Position numbers and translations under genes: made by a program
Part shown: positions 57,801-64,000 of the stretch, one piece after another
Layout of the letters: every line of letters begins with the position of its first letter
Numbering within the stretch: position 1 is the stretch's first letter
Notes under the pieces: generated by a model
Told to the model about the DNA's origin: nothing
Seen by the model: only the letters and a program-made list of their open reading frames with translations
The model's database searches: none
Source of the DNA: Phoronis australis
Taxonomy: Eukaryota; Animalia; Phoronida
DNA length: 64,000 nucleotides
Assembly: GCA_002633005.1 (NCBI GenBank)
Contig: NMRA01000151.1
Location: forward strand, 476,400-540,399
Reading direction: 5' to 3'

Positions 57801-59522
57801 CAGGCCACAATAGCAATTCTTTGGAAAACGAGATTTTTTTCAAGTATTACATGTCATGTACACTGTAAGATATTGCGCATGACAACTTTACTCTACATCA
57901 GTCAAATTTGAGTTACAAACGTGTGGGGTGTGATAGGATGACATGGCATGACAGATGAGGTAAAAAAGGTTGCACGTTAATTCGCCTGAATATCAGGGTT
58001 GCGGCACCACAGTATTTCCCCTAATCAAATCAAAACATATCTTAGATTAAAGAAACTAGTTACCTAAAGAAATCAGCTATAGAGCTGCTCTTTCAGCGAT
58101 GGATCCATCTAAAATGCTTGGCTACCTCAGAAGTGTCGACGGAAGCGCGCGAACAATTGATCTCCGGGGCTTTGCCGATGAGTGACGAAGACTGACTCGA
58201 AATGCATTGATTTTCATAACAGCAATTCACATTGCAAAAAATATATTTTCAGAGTGAACCCCCCTCATTTTTTCCAATTTTTTTACTTGGGGTTTACACA
58301 CGCTGGCGGTGCTGTTTTTGTTTTGCTGGAGACGTTTTTGTTTTTTCTAATTTTGGGTCCTGGCCCGAGGGGGGGCTTAAACCCCCTGAAGCCCCCCGTA
58401 GATCCGCCACTGCCGTCACTAAGGACGTTTCGGCGTTGGGTTGTCGCGAAGAAGGAAAATATTTCCGTGTACACGTTATACATGTAACTGTTTTCGAAAA
58501 GTTAGATCATATTTTGTCGCATCTCGGTTGCCGAGCATCATAGCATTGACCGGTTAATTTTCGGCCAGCCAGACAGAATTTTCACGACTACGTGCTGAAA
58601 CACGATGCATTCTTCTTTCCAAATGAACAGGACCTTCAATCTCTCCCTTTTGGGGCCAAATATCGACCCTATTCCCCTCTCAAAAATATTTAAAATTCTC
58701 GCGAAATTTCCCCACGACGCCTAAAAATTACCATAGTAATCGAAAATTGCCCTCCGAAGTTCAAATTATCTGTAACCACACAGGTGGCAATTGGAAATTG
58801 CTACTTGAGACAGAGCTTATAAGAGTTTGCAACGGGGCGGGGGTGCTAATGATGGTGATTGAGAGGTAGATTTCCGCCCTCCGTCACTCGACAATATAAT
58901 TTCCCCAGTCAAAAGACGCAAGCATATTCCTCCTCGGATGAATGAGGCCCCTAAGAAACGTGATAACTACATGTATGCTTGCTCTGTCCTGTTAACTGAA
59001 ATTGAGCTCTACAACGAGGCTATGCTTTGGACGGACGAATTAGGTGTTTTAATTTTATAATTTAACTTGGTCCAGATCGACATTTGAAACCTAATATTAA
59101 GTAATGATTATTAAAACCAACAAAGCAGAATTGATGGTCAAACAATTTTTATTTTCAATTACGAACCTGGTTTTTTATTTTAATAAAAGTATGTTTAATA
59201 ACATCAATTATTATTGCAGATCAATGACAAATCAACTGTTAGTCCAGGTAGTCCCTACTTCACTACCAGGACCTTGGTCATATTTACTTTTCATGTTTCG
59301 AACCTAGTTTTCCGAAAAAACTTATACCCTTTCACCAGACAACTCTTTAGTGCATGTATTTTCTACGTCTCTGTGGTAAGTTGTCGACACATTTTTAAGA
59401 TTTAATATCCAGATTGGACTTGAAAGACCAGCCATTTTGCTCACGCAATGTCAACTTCCGCTTTGTTTATGGCAGTGAGCCTTGTTTTGGATTTTAATGT
59501 CTGCCGCGTGAATTAGGCCTAT

Positions 59523-60435
59523 AGACTCTATTCACGCGGCGGACATTAAAATCCAAAGCGAGGCTCACTGCGATAAACAAAGCGGAAATTTACATTGCGC
59601 GAGTTAATTGGCCGGTCTTTGGAGTCCAACCTGGATATTAAATCTTAAAAAATGTGTCAATAATTAACCACAGAGACGTAGAAAAATACAGTTAAGGAAC
59701 AAGTCAAAGCACCAAAGAGTTGTCTGACGAAAGGATATAGGTTTTTTCCGGAAAATTAGGTTCGAAACATGAAAAGTAAACATGACCAAATTGCGGCGAT
59801 CATAGTGTTACGGATTAGGTATCATGCTGAATGCAGGGTTGCGTTTCTTCTAATAAATTCTTGATAAAAATGCTTTCTACACGAACCAGGTCATCTGGTC
59901 GTATTGTTGGCGAGTTGAAGACATATTCGACAGTGGTGGCTCATAGCATTTTGCTGTCATGTGCAATTAGTCTCATCTGGTTTAATTTGTTGATCAAGAG
60001 TAGGCCTATTANTTTTTCAATATTTTTGAGAGGGGAATAGGGCCGACATTTGGCCCCAAAATTGAGGGATTGAGGGCCCTGTCCTTTTTATAAAGAAAAA
60101 TGCAACTCGCTTCAACCCATAGTCATGAAAACACAGCCTGGGTCGCCGAAGCTAGATTCTCCGGTCCTTGTTGCTATGGCGGCATCCAATCCGAGATGCG
60201 TCAAATTATGATTCGAAAACAGTTATAAATTTTACACGGACATATTTTCCTTCGTCTCGGCGTATGGCAAGGACCCAACAATTCCGAATCCCAACGTCCT
60301 TAGGGATTGTAAAACAGAGTGTCCGTATTTTTTCTAGCTGTTCGAGCAACGCGTAGTACAACTCCGCGGATAAGCCACTAGACCTATCGCGAGCCTCGTT
60401 TTGGAACGCGCCTCCTGTCGGCGTGAATAGGGTTT
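59523..60435. mobile_element. Second ISL2EU-type element, inverted relative to its neighbour
   Basis: AT|AGACTCTATTCACGC ... GCGTGAATAGGGTTT|AT. Confidence 0.85.
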
Positions 60436-61706
60436 ATACGTGTAAAAACTTATGCGAGAGGCCAAAAGAAACCGATTCCACATCGACCACGCGACCCATT
60501 GCCTCAGTATTGTCTTGGCACACTCTCCTGTCTGATGAGAAGCACGACATCCCCAATTGCAGGTTTCTTTTTGGAGTAAACCACATCTGATGTTTGCTGC
60601 TCGGATTCCAGGAACTAGAGCTTAAATACGGTAGCTGGAGTTCCTCCACAGTTACAAGAGATCCTCGGCTTCGGCACCAACACGAAGACATGAGGTTGGC
60701 ATTTCCTACGTACTACTGTACATCACAGTGTTGACTTACATTTTCTTGTTTGGTTTTGTCACACAGATAGTTACAATGTGGAGCCAGCCAATCTCACGTA
60801 AATGCCAACCATGAGTTATAAAAGGCGATTTAATGTTAGAATATCGTTAAATTTACGCAACTTTTAATGTCTTACAAAATTTAGCTATCCAGCAGATACT
60901 GTAGCTCATCGCATGGATGTTTGGTGGAATAAGCGTGAAATGCATGGCGATATCTCGAGAGGTCTTGCGTGATCAGACTTTGCCTCCAAAAAACGCATAC
61001 TATTGGGAGTGAATCACCCAGTAGATAGGAAAACAAGTGCATAATTTAATTAAGCATATATGTATGAACAGACGGTGAATAACACCAAGTAACAAATTCA
61101 TGGCAAGTTCGTGTAACGAAACTCCATTTTCCATTTAAATCGCTTCGCTTATGAAGGTTTACGACTCGCAATTGCACATTTTGACAACATGAATTGACAA
61201 TCTTAATAGTCTGTGAAACAAATATAAGACTTAGTATACAACTATGTCAGCATTAACAACGTCGATAGACTCCTCAGACTTGAGAGCATTCAAATCATCA
61301 GACAAGCTTTCGTCAGTTCCCACACTGTTTCCACGTCTTCTCGGTTGGTTGACACTCATAAGATTGTTGCCTGTTGACGAGACATACATGTAGAGCATAT
61401 ACACATACACAAATAGCAACTCAAAGAGAAGTGGGGAGGGAAAGAAATAGCCATGGGTCGGCGTAATACAGAGTTGATGTCATACCCCTCATTCATTTGT
61501 AGCATCTATCAGGGGTACTGAGTGTCGCCGACGGAGAAGGGTTTGAAATTGGAGGCGACCTGGGGGTACTTTGCAATGAACAGTAGAGGGGAACGCAAAG
61601 TTCAATGTTCCAAAATCATGTCTACCCATTAAAATGCTTTTCCAACTGCGCTTACATTATTCACTTCACAGGTTTTTAACTACCACTGACTGTACATATT
61701 TTGATT

Positions 61707-61712
61707 TTTATT
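61707..61712 (-). promoter_or_regulatory. Candidate PRDM14 polyadenylation signal
   Basis: AATAAA on the - strand ~380 nt downstream of the stop codon. Confidence 0.35.
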
Positions 61713-62093
61713 CGTCTGTCAATCTATACTTTTGCCGTGAGTCAAAGGAGTAAGTACTTATGTGTATATACGCAACAAACGCTCAGAGCCACGTTCCGTA
61801 GCTCAAGTCTCTTGCGATCGAAATGAAAATTAATCGATAAGAAAAGCACGTGAGTGTCTTGCGTATCATTACAGAACACCTGGTAAACGTAACGTTGCTT
61901 TTAAAACTTTGGTAAGTGGATAGAAATTGTTTACACTACTATGTTACTATTCACATGGTAAATATCTTCGCAATACAGAAAAAAAACACGTGTATAACAT
62001 TGTACTCTGATTAATGGCAAACATTTTAATAAACGAAACCGCTGTTACGTGTGAGGGGAACAACCACGGGATTGCTCAGGAGTCATGGTGGGT

Positions 62094-62261
62094 CTAGCTA
62101 TAATTACCTGCGTGCATACTCATGTGAAACTTGAGCTCGTATGACTGTGAAAATGTCTTGCCACAAACAGAGCAAGCACAAGGGCGGTCCTTCGCATGCG
62201 TTCTTCTGACATGGCTATCATGGGCTGCGTGTGAGGCGAAAGCTTTACCACAATGTTTGCA
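62094..62261 (-). CDS. PRDM14: PRDM14 last coding exon
   Basis: tttccag|TGC, phase 0. Reads CKHCGKAFASHAAHDSHVRRTH...CSVCGKTF...HMSMH then TAG. FASHAAHDSHVRR is characteristic of PRDM14. Confidence 0.93.
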   Translation of the reverse strand, partial: CKHCGKAFASHAAHDSHVRRTHAKDRPCACSVCGKTFSQSYELKFHMSMHAGNYS

Positions 62262-63149
62262 CTGGAAAAGTATTTTTATTTTTAAGCATAGACCGATAAG
62301 GTACACGTGTATCAAAGTCCGATTGAACTGTACATGCAGACTTCCAGTTTGTCCAAAAATCACTGTTTAGCACTTGGATAGAGTGACGACTAACCACAAC
62401 AATTTCAGTAAAAATTGTGGTATTTTTAATTTGGTCAGGTGGTTTGAGGGATATTCCCTATTTTTGGTAATCTTTTCTACACTAGGCGAATATTGCGAAT
62501 TTGAAAATCCACACTGTGTATGTAGCCATACTGGTGTCTTTGATCTCACGCAATATTCAACTTAACACACTTTTCTGTTGTAAAAGTGGAGAAGGCACAA
62601 TGTTGAGCGCCGGGAACTTTGCCCCCTCGGTTTGGTTGGCTCACGTTACAAATTAACCTTGCCTAGCTTCACTGAAACATTGTATTTGCCTAATTTTGTG
62701 TTACCGCTGGTTTGAATTTGTTGTTATTGTAAAAATATCCACAATTCGTATTTGAAGCATCAAATTGTCCTAGAAATTGCTTTAGGTTAAAAGCCAAGTC
62801 CTCAGTCCAGCACACTATCCAAAATAACACTACTCAAAACAACATGAGTCTGCTTTCAGTGTGTTCGTAATCAAGTTGATTTGAGCTGAGGCGACCTCTT
62901 GAGGAAATCCTCACATGTACGTACTGTAACCATAGTGATGACTCATATGTTTCACGGAGAGTTTGAGTTTCAAAATTTCACCTAAATAATTGAAATTACT
63001 AGATTTCCAAGGAACGACATCATAATTACTTACGCCCTAATTGACCATGAAAACCTTATGGCAAGCAACGGAAGAGATACATGTATGCACTAACTTACTG
63101 CATCATTGTACCCACATGACGCAAAATCGTTGAGTTGTTCTAGGCTAAT

Positions 63150-63327
63150 GTTCAAGATTCGTGCACGTGAAGTGTTGAACACTAATTCGAAATCATGACA
63201 ACCCTCATATAAAAATATTTCATTACTGGGGAAACTTGATTACTCTTCACTAGACGTTGTGAGATGGTACTATCGTTAAGAATTGTTTACAAGATACTTT
63301 TGACGAACTTTCGCGTTCCGTGCCTGT
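63150..63327. mobile_element. Kolobok-type terminal fragment in the last PRDM14 intron
   Basis: Homologous to 49350-49503 (ttcgtgca...gacgaactttcgcgttccgtgcct). Confidence 0.6.
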
Positions 63328-63486
63328 TGAAACCTACTGTAGTTGTATGGCGTGGGAAGCAACCAAAGGAGGCTTCAAGAAGCGGCAGAACTATTTGGTT
63401 CACCTGCACATTCCAGCTCGACGGCGATATAATATGTAAATTACTTCGTCATATGATTGCTTAAGTTTCATTAACCAAAACTACTA

Positions 63487-63678
<192 letters not shown>

Positions 63679-64000
63679 TTAGTTGTAGCAGGGAACCAGC
63701 CAAACATGTACTTTGCGTTCTGAAATCTCACTAAGCCCCACCAGAAATGCAATTATGATTCATTTTACTGTAACGTAAACTATTAAGGAAGGCATCACAG
63801 AAATCGTTTCATGAGAATTTACTAAAAGCTGCCAGAAATTTTGCCTTCCTCTCTCACTTCGTTGTTTCTCATTTGAAATAAGCCTTTCTTAACTAAATGG
63901 GCTTTGAGTTATGACTAAATAAATAGTTAATGAGGTATTGCCCAATCGTACATGCATATATGATATACCACTCAAAAGAACGCAGTCAGTGGTGTATGTA

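Larger units (their letters stand above)
51063..58412 (-). mobile_element. 7,350-bp hAT transposon (hAT5-like, 5-bp TSD), defective
   Basis: Perfect 16-bp TIR CAGTGGCGGATCTACG, CCGTC duplicated at 51058-51062 and 58413-58417, and internal THAP plus hAT transposase remnants. Confidence 0.9.
50913..59520. mobile_element. ISL2EU-type non-autonomous element, split by the hAT insertion
   Basis: AT|AGACCCAATTAACGCC ... GCGTGAATTAGGCCT|AT. The halves 50913-51062 and 58418-59520 rejoin collinearly with the reverse complement of 59523-60435. Confidence 0.8.

Noticed and set aside
51063-58412. RAG-like/Transib transposon, suggested by the 5-bp TSD
   Set aside because: The TIR starts CAG rather than CAC, there is no heptamer/nonamer layout, and the protein remnant is hAT-type.

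Overview
AT-rich, intron- and transposon-dense animal genomic DNA; it looks like a marine invertebrate, possibly an echinoderm or other deuterostome (inference). Two host genes point tail-to-tail. (1) On the + strand, the 3' part of a single-pass receptor in five exons linked by phase-1 introns (44-403, 15753-16082, 22758-23060, 23659-23826, 34656-35830): three Ig domains, one TSP1 repeat, a TM helix and a ~365-aa charged tail. (2) On the - strand, the last two exons of PRDM14 (63559-63669, 62094-62261). Almost everything else is decayed mobile DNA: two RLE (HERO-like) LINE fragments, an APE-type LINE RT, a Penelope remnant, several TTAA-flanked Kolobok-type elements, a Harbinger with its own MITE, MULE- and Academ-like MITEs, and a perfect (TG)255. 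The most striking structures are (a) a three-tier nest, where a 7,350-bp hAT with perfect 16-bp TIRs and a 5-bp TSD splits an ISL2EU-type element that sits head-to-head with a sister copy, and (b) a 321-bp perfect foldback built from nested hairpins. I found no clearly new biological system. The candidates below are ranked hypotheses from reading by eye, and no database searches were run.
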